From the UHGV virus genome UHGV-0111856: 47,833 nucleotides of DNA; one strand, given 5' to 3'. This stretch comes from a virus. The notes beneath the pieces were generated by a model. It was not told the DNA's origin, made no database searches, and was given only the letters and a program-made list of their open reading frames with translations. The position numbers and the translations under genes are program-made. Shown one piece after another: positions 1 through 8,798 of this stretch (position 1 is the first letter of the stretch; the number at the start of each line of letters is the position of its first letter).

Positions 1-100
1 ATTTTGAAAAAAATGGATTATGGGGTTGGAAAGGTAAAATAGCTCCGTCAAGCCGGAGTTGTGTTTATTTCGTACCTGACAGCCATGATAACCCCCAATA

Positions 101-129
101 AAAAACCCGCTTGTTTGCGGGTTTATTTT
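101..129. terminator. bidirectional rho-independent terminator
   Basis: stem AACCCGC-ttgtt-GCGGGTT flanked by A-run upstream and T-run downstream; lies downstream of the minus gene 128-322. Confidence 0.6.
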
Positions 130-322
130 ACTTGGTTTTCTTTGCCTTTGGCTGCGATTCTTGCGGAGTTGCAACTTCCAGAATTTTCTCACTAACCGGG
201 CGAAGTTTTGACTCAATGTGCGGAGTCGATTCGTCAATCACGTCGCCAATGGCAAGCTCCCGCAGCCGACCGTCTTTATCCTTGACGAAGATTCCGCTGG
301 CGATTACTTCATATTTAGCCAT
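128..322 (-). CDS. hypothetical small protein (64 aa), last gene of capsid operon
   Basis: ORF with AGGT RBS; its ATG overlaps the TAA of the upstream gene; followed by terminator. Confidence 0.5.
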   Translation of the reverse strand: MAKYEVIASGIFVKDKDGRLRELAIGDVIDESTPHIESKLRPVSEKILEVATPQESQPKAKKTK

Positions 323-689
323 TTTTTACCTCCGAAAGGTTCTGCTTAAGGAGATAACCCTCAAGCATCCAGATTTTATTTACCGCATTTTCTCTGGCAA
401 TCTTGCGACCAATTTCAGCATCGAAATTCTCTGGACTGGCGCAGGCGCTTTCTCCTGTCACGGTGAAGCCGTTTTTCAGCACCAAGACGCAAAAGGTAAG
501 AAATTTCAACTCATCATGAGCCCCACACATTCGAGTCAATTCATCCTGCTCGTGGAAAGCCTGCTGCACGCCATCTGATGCAGTAAAGTAATACTCACCA
601 ACAATAATCGAATGAATATGCTCCAGCGTAACGCGTGGAGCAGTCAATCCTTTATCTTTAATTTCATGCTCAATATCTTTATTGGCCAT
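315..689 (-). CDS. conserved phage protein, possibly Gp49-like family; function unknown
   Basis: 124-aa ORF, AGGT RBS, immediately downstream of capsid gene terminator. Confidence 0.45.
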   Translation of the reverse strand: MANKDIEHEIKDKGLTAPRVTLEHIHSIIVGEYYFTASDGVQQAFHEQDELTRMCGAHDELKFLTFCVLVLKNGFTVTGESACASPENFDAEIGRKIARENAVNKIWMLEGYLLKQNLSEVKNG

Positions 690-699
690 GATAACCTCT

Positions 700-730
700 G
701 ATAGTTAAAAGGGGCTTTCGCCCCTTTATT
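700..730. terminator. bidirectional terminator after major capsid gene
   Basis: GGGGC-tttc-GCCCC hairpin followed by T-rich tract on both strands. Confidence 0.6.
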
Positions 731-731
731 T

Positions 732-1817
732 TTACAGCGCGGTTTGCGTGCCGTAGCCGTTGAAAACTTTGCTTCGACCATTGAAATCCTTACGGATTTG
801 CAGGCCCATAGCAGCCCAGGTCAGGAAGTTAAAGTTAGCGTGCGGCGTGGTGCGCGGCTCTGCATAGGTTGATACTGGCTGAGCGACGCGAGGGCGGATG
901 TACAGCGCATTCTTCACATAGCCGACGAAATGGTTCCCGGTCAGCTTGAAGTTGGTGCCGATAGACGCGATGCGGCCAACATTGCCGGTTTTGCCGAATG
1001 CGAGGATATAATCCTCAATGGTGCCGCCTTTGAAACCTGCCGCGTTGGAGTACGGGCGGCTGAAGGAACGGCGCACAGATGGAGAAACCCACAGAGTAAC
1101 CGGCTCGAACACGTTCTGTGCATCGAGAACCGCCTGGAAATCCTGGTTGAAGAACTCAACGATTTTATCAGGAGTTGCCGTTTGCAGGTCGATATTCAGG
1201 CCGGGGGAATCGGCGCTCAGGTTAACCTGAATGGTGTTCGGGTGGTTGGTGATACCGTAACCAGTGTACACGCCGTTCACGTTCAGGCTTGCATCGCCGA
1301 CCAGCAGATAATCAGCCATGTCTGCGCGCAGGTTGAAGGTGGTGTTTTCCTGGTCATCAATCAGCGGGTCGAAACCTTCAGACTGCATGCCCAGCAGTTC
1401 ACGCCACTCACGGCCATAACCGGTTTTGAAGATCGGGATTACATCGCCGCTGTAGGAGTAGCGAGTTTTATCCAAATCTTCCGGTTCCTGACCGGAGATG
1501 GTGCGTACAACCTTACCAGCATCGGAGGCCATGCGACTAATTGCCACGGTCTTACCGATGTTGATGTTGGTCGCCAGCGTCATCAGGTCGGCCATCATAT
1601 CCTGACCAGCTTCGTTGCGGAAAACGCGGGTGGTGACGTTATCCACGTCGCGCCAGTAATCTTTCGTTACCAGTGCGGTGGCGTTAACACCGTAGGTTTT
1701 CGCCAGTTCAGCTTCTGCATTGCAGAACACTTTACGGTCGATGGTGAGATGTTTCCACTGGTCAGCCACCACTGCGGAGTTGGCTACCAAGTCTTTGGTA
1801 AAAATAATCTTTTCCAT
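732..1817 (-). CDS. major capsid protein
   Basis: 361 aa; strong AGGAG RBS; follows protease/scaffold and decoration genes; terminator directly downstream (typical of a highly expressed capsid gene). Confidence 0.65.
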   Translation of the reverse strand: MEKIIFTKDLVANSAVVADQWKHLTIDRKVFCNAEAELAKTYGVNATALVTKDYWRDVDNVTTRVFRNEAGQDMMADLMTLATNINIGKTVAISRMASDAGKVVRTISGQEPEDLDKTRYSYSGDVIPIFKTGYGREWRELLGMQSEGFDPLIDDQENTTFNLRADMADYLLVGDASLNVNGVYTGYGITNHPNTIQVNLSADSPGLNIDLQTATPDKIVEFFNQDFQAVLDAQNVFEPVTLWVSPSVRRSFSRPYSNAAGFKGGTIEDYILAFGKTGNVGRIASIGTNFKLTGNHFVGYVKNALYIRPRVAQPVSTYAEPRTTPHANFNFLTWAAMGLQIRKDFNGRSKVFNGYGTQTAL

Positions 1818-1828
1818 TATTAAGCTCC

Positions 1829-2293
1829 TTACGCCGCAGACATTGCAGCATTGCCAGCACGACGAACTGCAACGAGTTCAGCGCCATCAGATGCTACGGT
1901 GTAGGCTTCATACGCATAAAACAGGATGCTTTCACCTGCTTCCGCAACCTTTAACGCGCCGGAGTCATCGCTTGCCAGCGGAGTGCCTTTCTTCAGTTCG
2001 GAAGATTTAGCAACCAGTGCGTGATAGGTGACGCCAAATTCACACTGCACAGCCATGCCAGTAGCGCCAGCGGGAACATCTTCAGATACATCACCACCAC
2101 CGAGGTAGTTATGCTGAAGTACGTAAGGGAAACCATGACCGCCAGCGGTAGCGTGCGCGATGATTTTGTCGTCATCGTTAAAAGTTACCAGCGCGCCCGG
2201 TTGCAGAGCGACGTTCATCAGACCTTCGCGCAACTGCGGGTCATTTTTGCGGGCCGGGCCGCCGATGATGGTGCCATAACGGATAGTAGCCAT
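1829..2293 (-). CDS. head decoration / DUF2190-like structural protein
   Basis: 154 aa Gly/Ala-rich protein between scaffold and capsid genes; GGAGG RBS; TAATG overlap with upstream gene. Confidence 0.45.
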   Translation of the reverse strand: MATIRYGTIIGGPARKNDPQLREGLMNVALQPGALVTFNDDDKIIAHATAGGHGFPYVLQHNYLGGGDVSEDVPAGATGMAVQCEFGVTYHALVAKSSELKKGTPLASDDSGALKVAEAGESILFYAYEAYTVASDGAELVAVRRAGNAAMSAA

Positions 2294-3570
2294 TATTCAG
2301 GTGCCTCCATATCAAAATCCTCTTCGGCACGGTTCGGCTGGAACCCGCCGGAAATCGGAGCCGCTTTACTGGTGAGTGCATAGGTTTCACGCAGTGCTTC
2401 GCCAGTCAGTGCATTAACAGCAGATTCCGGCAACTTCAGTTCAGCCATAATGGCGGCGCGCATTGCGGTTTCTTCCTGTGCGGCATTGGCTTGCAGCTGG
2501 TCGCGTAGGGTTTTGTTTTGCGCCTCCACATCGGCCAGTTTCTGGTTGACTGCGGTCAACGATTCCTGAACCGGTTTGAGGGCATCGGCTAATGCAGCCT
2601 GTAATTCCTCGTTAGTCATTGAGATTTCCCCTTGAGTTGTTTTTACCGGCTCAAGCTCTGTCTTATAAACAGCCTTAACCCGTTCACCGACTAATTGTAC
2701 CACATCATTTATAATAACGTAGGACTGCATATACTTGACGCCATCAATCTCAACGCCAAACTTATCATCATAAACAGCAAACACAAAAGGCCAGCTATCA
2801 TGGGATAACTCCTCTTTTATTTTTCCACGTATCTGATCGGCAATCTCATCAAATGACAGGTCGCTATTTCTGGTGATGTAGTTGATGGCACGCCGCCACC
2901 ATTTGATTTTGTTTGCACTTTCGTCTGGCATTGCCGATTCCTCAAGGTTAACTACAACACGCTCAATGTCTTCGCCATTGGTGGCAAAAATACCAACTCC
3001 ATCTTCTGGCGTTCCCGCCCCAGGCACGCCCGGAGGAAGAATGGCGAGGTGATCCCATTCCATATTCCTGGCAATCCACGTGTATTTCTTGCCTTTGCTT
3101 GTTCCTTCCGCTGCTTCACGGTTAAGCAATAGGCCAGTGGATACATGAATTGGCTCTGCACTATCGGCAGAATTCATTAGCGCCTCAATGCGACCAAGTA
3201 ACTCCCGACCTTTCTCTGAGCGACCAGCGATAACTTTGTTTACCTTTAGGTCAACAAGCACCTTTCCGCCATCGTGTGACGCGTTCTCGATCCATGAGCC
3301 GACATGGTACTGGTTCACGGCGCGAATATTGTGAGCGGACACATAAGAACCGTCTACCACCGGGTGATTGTACGGCGCCGGATTTCCATTCAGACCATTA
3401 TATGACTTCTTGATTTCGTCAGATGGATACATCCCGCCATTCATCACTACATCATCGACAAGAGGAACAACATTCTTTATAATGTAATGCATGTCTCCAT
3501 CAATAACCTGCTCGCTAATGTTGCTTGCGCTATTGATGGTGGTCAAGACGTTAACTTGTAACCTTTTCAT
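2293..3570 (-). CDS. prohead protease / scaffolding fusion protein
   Basis: 425 aa; N-terminal globular half then long coiled-coil Ala/Glu/Gln-rich C-terminus typical of scaffolds; GGAG RBS; sits directly upstream of the decoration and capsid genes. Confidence 0.5.
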   Translation of the reverse strand: MKRLQVNVLTTINSASNISEQVIDGDMHYIIKNVVPLVDDVVMNGGMYPSDEIKKSYNGLNGNPAPYNHPVVDGSYVSAHNIRAVNQYHVGSWIENASHDGGKVLVDLKVNKVIAGRSEKGRELLGRIEALMNSADSAEPIHVSTGLLLNREAAEGTSKGKKYTWIARNMEWDHLAILPPGVPGAGTPEDGVGIFATNGEDIERVVVNLEESAMPDESANKIKWWRRAINYITRNSDLSFDEIADQIRGKIKEELSHDSWPFVFAVYDDKFGVEIDGVKYMQSYVIINDVVQLVGERVKAVYKTELEPVKTTQGEISMTNEELQAALADALKPVQESLTAVNQKLADVEAQNKTLRDQLQANAAQEETAMRAAIMAELKLPESAVNALTGEALRETYALTSKAAPISGGFQPNRAEEDFDMEAPE

Positions 3571-3608
3571 GTTAACTCCGAGTGTTTTTTTGATATGTGG
3601 ATTATATC

Positions 3609-5006
3609 ATGCCGAAGAAGATGACGATTGATGAACTCAAAGAAAAGCTGCGTAGCGTTCATGGCGAGACGTATGAGTATGATTTTTATACCTTCCATGG
3701 CTGCCACTCACCAATGAAAATAGTATGCAAAAAGCATGGGGAATTCTGGCAAAAGCCATCCAAACACCTTCATGGTCAGGGGTGTGCAAAGTGCCAAAAG
3801 GGCGTCATTTCTGTCGATGATTTTAAATCAATGGCTTCCGCTGTTCACAGAGGAAAATATGACTATAGCAAGGTTTTTTTTGAAACGTTTTCTCGGGAAA
3901 AGGTAACAATCGGATGCCCGATCCATGGGTGGTTTGAGCAAGGAGCCTACATTCACCTGAAACGTGGTAATGGATGCCCAAGGTGCGGGGATGAGAGTTC
4001 GAGGAAAGCAAAGATCAAAATGTTCGGTGATTTTGTTGATGATGCGAAATGCATCCATGGAGATAAATATGAGTATTCACCGAATGGGTTTACTGGTTCC
4101 CGAGGCAAGATTAATATCTTATGCCCTGTGCATGGGGAGTTTACTCAGGGTGCAGCAAATCATCTTGCTGGGAATGGGTGCCCATCGTGCGCTGGAGTAA
4201 TGTCAAACGCAGAAGCCGATATCCTTGCATTTGTTAAGTCACTAGACCCATATGCAATCAGTAGGGATAGAGCGACGATAGCGCCATATGAACTTGATAT
4301 AGTCTCAAAATCCAAATCATTAGCCATAGAGGTAAACGGCGTGTACTGGCACTCGGAGAAGGTCGGGAAAGATAGGCTTTATCACAGAATGAAGAGGGAG
4401 AGGGTTGAAGCGTCTGGAATGAGATTAATAAGCATAAGAAGCGATATCTGGAGAGATAAAGAAGATTTGGTCAAATTAATAATAATGAATGCCATGGGCT
4501 GTAGGCCTAATGAAAACATAAACGCAAGAGAATGCGTCGTTAAAGAAGTATCAAGTCGTGATTCTAGGGATTTTCTTGATGCACATCACGTGATGGGTGG
4601 AAAGAACGCCAGCAGGCATTTCGGGCTGTTCAATGGTGATGATTTAGTTTCAGTTATGACTTTCACGATAAAATCAGGCGCAACAGAGCTTGTGAGGTTT
4701 GCGTCGAAGTGCAACGTTAGAGGCGGGCTTACCAAGATGCTAAAAAACTGCTCTTCAATCATCGGGTTTGACAGGTGCTTTAGTTATGTTGATCTTGATT
4801 TGTTTACTGGCAAGTCATACATAGCGGCAGGATTTAAACCAGTTAGCATAAAGCCAGGATTTGGCATAGTTAATGGCAGTAATGTAGAGTCAAGACAGAA
4901 ATGGAACAAGGCGCCGAAAGGTATGACCCAAACAGAATGGTACGAATCTGAGGGTGTTAGCAGGATATGGGACAGCGGACAGATGAGAATAGAGTGGAGT
5001 AGATAA
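3609..5006 (+). CDS. homing-endonuclease-like protein: 3 tandem zinc-ribbon repeats + PD-(D/E)xK (Vsr/DUF559-like) nuclease domain
   Basis: three repeats of pattern HG-x-Y-x-Y...CP-x-HG-x-F-x-Q...H-L-x-G-x-GC-x-x-C; then ELDIVSK...EVNGVYWHS...R motif block; opposite strand to flanking late genes; own terminator. The ORF track starts at GTG 3597; I moved the start to ATG 3609. Confidence 0.55.
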   Translation: MPKKMTIDELKEKLRSVHGETYEYDFYTFHGCHSPMKIVCKKHGEFWQKPSKHLHGQGCAKCQKGVISVDDFKSMASAVHRGKYDYSKVFFETFSREKVTIGCPIHGWFEQGAYIHLKRGNGCPRCGDESSRKAKIKMFGDFVDDAKCIHGDKYEYSPNGFTGSRGKINILCPVHGEFTQGAANHLAGNGCPSCAGVMSNAEADILAFVKSLDPYAISRDRATIAPYELDIVSKSKSLAIEVNGVYWHSEKVGKDRLYHRMKRERVEASGMRLISIRSDIWRDKEDLVKLIIMNAMGCRPNENINARECVVKEVSSRDSRDFLDAHHVMGGKNASRHFGLFNGDDLVSVMTFTIKSGATELVRFASKCNVRGGLTKMLKNCSSIIGFDRCFSYVDLDLFTGKSYIAAGFKPVSIKPGFGIVNGSNVESRQKWNKAPKGMTQTEWYESEGVSRIWDSGQMRIEWSR

Positions 5007-5013
5007 ACAAATA

Positions 5014-5045
5014 AAAGGCGTCATGTGGCGCCTTTTTTATATCTA
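5014..5045 (+). terminator. rho-independent terminator
   Basis: AAGGCG-8nt loop-CGCCTT followed by TTTTTTAT. Confidence 0.6.
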
Positions 5046-5187
5046 GCAGCAATAAAGCACCACGAAACGGACGCAAGAAGGTAAAGCGGAGATGCGGTAA
5101 AAGCGAAAAGAGTAGCAAAGAATGATATCAGTATGATTGGCATGGCTGCTACCTCCTGAATGCAAGGTAGCAGCCAATGATGAAGAT

Positions 5188-5532
5188 TTATTGAGGACTA
5201 TTCTTATTTAGCATTCCGCAGTTAATTTTTGCGCGGTTTACTGCATCCATGAATTTCCCGATGGGCATAGTTTTGCGGATTTCAGCCAGAATGGCGCCAT
5301 GCAACATTCTTTCTTCGCCGTAGTAGAGCTTATCAAGGCGAGTGCGAACCAGCGCGCGGGTGCGTTTCATATGGTCTCGCGCTTTCATTGCCTTCTCTTT
5401 CCATACCTTACCTGCATCATGATTCCCGGCAAGCTGGCGCTCGACCGCTTCAATCTCGAATGCAAGCATCATATCCCATGAGTCAAGCTCGCTGACTGTC
5501 GCTTCCATGATTTCGTTAAGTTGTAGTTTCAT
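5188..5532 (-). CDS. hypothetical protein (114 aa)
   Basis: GGAG RBS; TAAATG junction with upstream gene. Confidence 0.5.
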   Translation of the reverse strand: MKLQLNEIMEATVSELDSWDMMLAFEIEAVERQLAGNHDAGKVWKEKAMKARDHMKRTRALVRTRLDKLYYGEERMLHGAILAEIRKTMPIGKFMDAVNRAKINCGMLNKNSPQ

Positions 5533-5823
5533 TTACGACTCCACATCCAAATGTTTAACTTCGCCATCTTTGTATAACCTCCAGGGGATGCAAACTATGC
5601 ATCCACCAATATTCATTTCAATGGAGTGCTCACCCTCTCTGAATGAATCTGCATGCCACTGGCTAACCGTGTCGTCATGCCATGTAATTTTAATTAATGC
5701 GCTCTTTGGTTTGCTCACATTCACTTCCCCCACTATCCACCCCATCTCTCTGCGATTATTGGCCGTGCGTTCACAGTTGGTGACAAACAGCACGGTTCCT
5801 GATTTATGCTTTACTGCCCACAT
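5533..5823 (-). CDS. hypothetical protein (96 aa)
   Basis: ORF translationally coupled (13-nt overlap) to upstream gene. Confidence 0.5.
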   Translation of the reverse strand: MWAVKHKSGTVLFVTNCERTANNRREMGWIVGEVNVSKPKSALIKITWHDDTVSQWHADSFREGEHSIEMNIGGCIVCIPWRLYKDGEVKHLDVES

Positions 5824-6281
5824 GAATGGCGCGCCCCGGCAAGCAACTTTTCAAACATCATCCTGTCACGGCTCATGCCAAACGGGATAATCTCCTGCCA
5901 GTAATATTTCCATGCGCCGCCAGGAAGCATTTCACGGTCAACCTGACCAATGCTTGCCAGATAGCGCATGCGTGCCTTGAGGATGGTGTAGTTGACGCCG
6001 ACAGCTTCTGCTATCTGCTTGCTCTTGCGTCCCGGATTTGCCTCAAGATACGTCTGAATTGCCAAATCGAGCGCGGTATTATCGGGATTGAGGAAATACT
6101 TAAAGCAGCGCCTGCCATGGCTTACGCTTTCCTCTTTAATAATAAATCCCATGCCCTCAAGCTCAATCAGATAACCAGTAACGCTGGCTCGGTTTGTCAT
6201 GCCAGTCTGCTTGCGTATCATGGCATTGGTTGCGCCGCCGCAGCGCTCTATCACCGTGAGTATTTGAGTTTTAAAGTCCAT
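5811..6281 (-). CDS. winged-helix DNA-binding protein (two HTH-like segments)
   Basis: start moved to ATG 6281 (GGAG RBS 8 nt upstream, 11-nt overlap with upstream gene); the ORF-track start at 6335 is a GTG. Confidence 0.5.
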   Translation of the reverse strand: MDFKTQILTVIERCGGATNAMIRKQTGMTNRASVTGYLIELEGMGFIIKEESVSHGRRCFKYFLNPDNTALDLAIQTYLEANPGRKSKQIAEAVGVNYTILKARMRYLASIGQVDREMLPGGAWKYYWQEIIPFGMSRDRMMFEKLLAGARHSCGQ

Positions 6282-6507
6282 GTTTACGCTCCAGTGCATC
6301 ATGCTTGTAGTCTTCGACCGTGTATAGCTGGCCACCCCTGGTATTCCATGACCTCACCGCGGTGCAAAGGCGGAGATATTCGCCACCTTTCTTTCCGCAA
6401 TCATTACACTCAATAATCCACGCCGAACCCTTTACGCAGGCGTAAACATCAAGGCTCCCGCATTTATGGCACTCAAGCAGCCCATTGCTGCCCATCATTG
6501 GTTTCAT
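6271..6507 (-). CDS. Lar-family-like zinc-ribbon protein (possible restriction alleviation)
   Basis: 78 aa with C-x2-C ... C-x2-C (LECHKCGS ... ECNDCGKKG) pattern typical of Lar-like proteins. Confidence 0.4.
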   Translation of the reverse strand: MKPMMGSNGLLECHKCGSLDVYACVKGSAWIIECNDCGKKGGEYLRLCTAVRSWNTRGGQLYTVEDYKHDALERKHGL

Positions 6508-6731
6508 TTTTTCAGCCCATTAATAATAAAAAATTTCATCTGAATATCACAAAGTTTACGCAAAACTCTATCCCTGCGATAATCTCGCTTTCTGTTTGGC
6601 CTTCTGCGCTTAGGATGTAGCTTTTGCTTCAACGTTCGGCGGTCAGGCTGGTTTCTCTGCCAGTCAGCCCTTGCGTTGTCTTCCCTGATATCAGCCATGA
6701 TCAACTGAAGCAACGTGCTGGCCTTGCTCAT
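6504..6731 (-). CDS. Arg/Lys-rich basic small protein (nucleic-acid binding?)
   Basis: ATGA overlap with upstream stop; more than 30 percent R/K. Confidence 0.45.
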   Translation of the reverse strand: MSKASTLLQLIMADIREDNARADWQRNQPDRRTLKQKLHPKRRRPNRKRDYRRDRVLRKLCDIQMKFFIINGLKK

Positions 6732-6919
6732 TTCGCCACCCATTCACCAATATTGCTGAAATGCGGGCGCCCTTCGCGCCATTCGATAATTTCGCGGTTA
6801 ACCTGCCGCTGCATGCGGTTGCGAACTTCGCGCAATTGGCTTTCAACCCAAGCGCGAGTACGGTCGAGTTCCTCCAGCTTGTTCAACAACTCTTTTTCGT
6901 ACACCTGATCAGTAGTCAT
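6728..6919 (-). CDS. hypothetical coiled-coil protein (63 aa)
   Basis: GGAGAG RBS. Confidence 0.45.
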   Translation of the reverse strand: MTTDQVYEKELLNKLEELDRTRAWVESQLREVRNRMQRQVNREIIEWREGRPHFSNIGEWVAK

Positions 6920-7085
6920 TTTTTCTCTCCATCAGCACTTTGTAGTGAACGCCATAATACTTGAGCACCTGACTATGGTTGTGCAGATACCCGTCATCAT
7001 CTTCAATCGGTAGTCTTACCACGATGTAAAACGCCCGGTAGAGTTCTGTCCATCCATGACAACATTTGCGCTTCCTCGGCTTCAT
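6909..7085 (-). CDS. possible small protein (MKPRKRK...), overlaps 7003-7218 in another frame
   Basis: stop overlaps start of downstream gene; doubtful because it overlaps 7003-7218 by 83 nt. Confidence 0.25.
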   Translation of the reverse strand: MKPRKRKCCHGWTELYRAFYIVVRLPIEDDDGYLHNHSQVLKYYGVHYKVLMERKNDY

Positions 7086-7218
7086 GGGCGGCCTCCATAG
7101 CAGCCAGGTCAATGCGCTGCTCGATAGATTTAATGATTGACTCTGGAACATTAAGCATTTGCAGAGTCTCCCGGCAATCGCGCTTATGAACCTCTGTCAC
7201 CTCCTGCCACTTCTTCAT
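7003..7218 (-). CDS. hypothetical protein (71 aa)
   Basis: ATGA overlap with HNH gene stop. Confidence 0.45.
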   Translation of the reverse strand: MKKWQEVTEVHKRDCRETLQMLNVPESIIKSIEQRIDLAAMEAAHEAEEAQMLSWMDRTLPGVLHRGKTTD

Positions 7219-7736
7219 TCCACACCACCTTTTATCATTCTTTTTGGCCTATTGATTCCATGGTTTTCATGGAAACCATATTTCATTTCAGCTTCAAGTC
7301 TGGCCTTTATTGCTTCGCTCTTTTCTGAAAAGCGACCTAAGTGCAGCCTTGTTCCGTTTAAGACTATTTGCGCGTACCACTTGCCGCGCTTTTTATCAAA
7401 ACAAACACCAACAACACCACTGGTGTTGTCGCTCCTGATTGAACTGTTTCTCGTGTTTTCTCTCCTGTTAACAAGCCTGAGATTCTCTATTCGGTTGTCA
7501 TCTCTGATGTGGTTGATGTGATCAATTTCCATGTCTTCCGGTATTGGTCCGTTAAATAGCTCCCAAACAATCCTGTGCTCATATGTCTGGGTGTATTTTA
7601 CTTTTACCTTTCGATAACCTGTCGTTGGCTCCAGGCACCCAATCCTTGCGCCAGCCTTTACGTTGTTTGACGGCTTAACCTTCCAGTAAAGCTTGCCGTT
7701 TTCGTAAACAAACAAGTCAATAAAGTTCATATCCAC
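7215..7736 (-). CDS. HNH-AP2 homing endonuclease (HNH_3 type)
   Basis: motif EIDHINHIRDDNRIENLRLVNRRENTRN followed by AP2-type DNA-binding domain (GVVGVCFDKKRGKWYAQI...GRF); paralog of 25380-25853 and 28309-28875. Confidence 0.8.
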   Translation of the reverse strand: MDMNFIDLFVYENGKLYWKVKPSNNVKAGARIGCLEPTTGYRKVKVKYTQTYEHRIVWELFNGPIPEDMEIDHINHIRDDNRIENLRLVNRRENTRNSSIRSDNTSGVVGVCFDKKRGKWYAQIVLNGTRLHLGRFSEKSEAIKARLEAEMKYGFHENHGINRPKRMIKGGVE

Positions 7737-7755
7737 ATCACTCGCATTAAGATGT

Positions 7756-7797
7756 TATAATCTACAACACCTAGTATTGACTAATTGACGTAGATTA
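7756..7797. promoter_or_regulatory. divergent promoter region with TTGACGTAGATT module and 8-bp inverted repeat TAATCTAC/GTAGATTA
   Basis: TTGACG 7785-7790 + TAGATT 7791-7796 on plus strand 45 nt upstream of the 7826 start; mirrored GTAGATTATAAC on minus strand upstream of 7736. Confidence 0.4.
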
Positions 7798-7825
7798 GTC
7801 AAGATGATTTCACAGGAGAGCGACA

Positions 7826-8026
7826 ATGGCGAGACAACGCAAAGAACCACTGGAAGTACTGACTGAGATTATCGCTAAGCGCCAGCCGTTAAGCCTGCGA
7901 GATGTCAGATATTACGCGCACTGCTATGTAGCAATGCGGGAATGGAGCGCTGAAGAAATGTATGAGTTTGTGCGTGAGCACTTCAGCGTGGATGAGAAAA
8001 ACAAGGTTACATTGAGAGGTGAGTGA
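7826..8026 (+). CDS. hypothetical protein (66 aa)
   Basis: GGAG RBS; first gene of a plus-strand cassette. Confidence 0.5.
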   Translation: MARQRKEPLEVLTEIIAKRQPLSLRDVRYYAHCYVAMREWSAEEMYEFVREHFSVDEKNKVTLRGE

Positions 8027-8577
8027 TGAAATACAAATACCTGAAGGGGAGTGCTGATTATTTTAATGGTCATGAAGATGCCGTTCTTGTTGTGAAATCA
8101 GCAACCAGTGGCAAAATCTACTACCTCAGCGCGGATTATGCAGGGCGAGACAAGGATATCGAAAAGGCTGGCGATATTGTTATCGCCCATCGTGAGCCAA
8201 TCGCTGACGAAGATAATTTGAATGGATGCGCCAGTTCACCAGGATGCCGCGTGAAAGCTGGTGAATTGATAATGGACGGCAAGTGGCATGATGCCAACAT
8301 TGGCGGCAGTGATGAAACAGAAGCCCTCATCACCGAGCGCGGCACTCGCTACGGGAAGTTCAAAGACGGTGCAGATATCATGCAATCACTGAAGGATACC
8401 ATGCGCGACGTTGACGGCTGGAATAACCTGACGGCAAGCCAGAAGGAGGCGCTCGACATGATTCAGCATAAAATAGGCCGCATCCTGAATGGCGACCCGA
8501 CATACGACGATAGCTGGAAAGACATTGCTGGCTATGCAACATTAATTGTTAATGAACTGAATGGGGAGATTAAGTGA
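8026..8577 (+). CDS. hypothetical protein (183 aa)
   Basis: TGATG stop-start overlap, GGTGAG RBS. Confidence 0.5.
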   Translation: MKYKYLKGSADYFNGHEDAVLVVKSATSGKIYYLSADYAGRDKDIEKAGDIVIAHREPIADEDNLNGCASSPGCRVKAGELIMDGKWHDANIGGSDETEALITERGTRYGKFKDGADIMQSLKDTMRDVDGWNNLTASQKEALDMIQHKIGRILNGDPTYDDSWKDIAGYATLIVNELNGEIK

Positions 8578-8789
8578 TGGCAACGCAAGACCCCATGCCA
8601 CGCATTGAAATTGATATGGTGGAGTTTCATGAACCAGCAACGCGAGATTATCATATCCCGAGGTTAGGCGAACCAGCAGCCTACATCATCACCAGCAATC
8701 GTGGTCGCCGATATCTGGCATTTGCTGGTAGTGTTGAGCATCAGAATGCAGCCATGTTTGGCTATGAGATGAAACCACTATACGAATGA
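8577..8789 (+). CDS. hypothetical protein (70 aa)
   Basis: TGATG overlap, GGGGAG RBS. Confidence 0.5.
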   Translation: MATQDPMPRIEIDMVEFHEPATRDYHIPRLGEPAAYIITSNRGRRYLAFAGSVEHQNAAMFGYEMKPLYE

Positions 8790-8798
8790 GGTGTAAAA

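Noticed and set aside
930-1823. 297-aa plus-strand ORF antisense to the major capsid gene (and similar antisense ORFs 941-1159, 1018-1230, 12175-12702, 13228-13868, 39369-40985, 43271-43883)
   Set aside because: They lie wholly inside well-supported minus-strand structural genes, lack RBSs, and their translations are low-complexity Arg/Ala/Val-rich strings typical of antisense GC-rich frames
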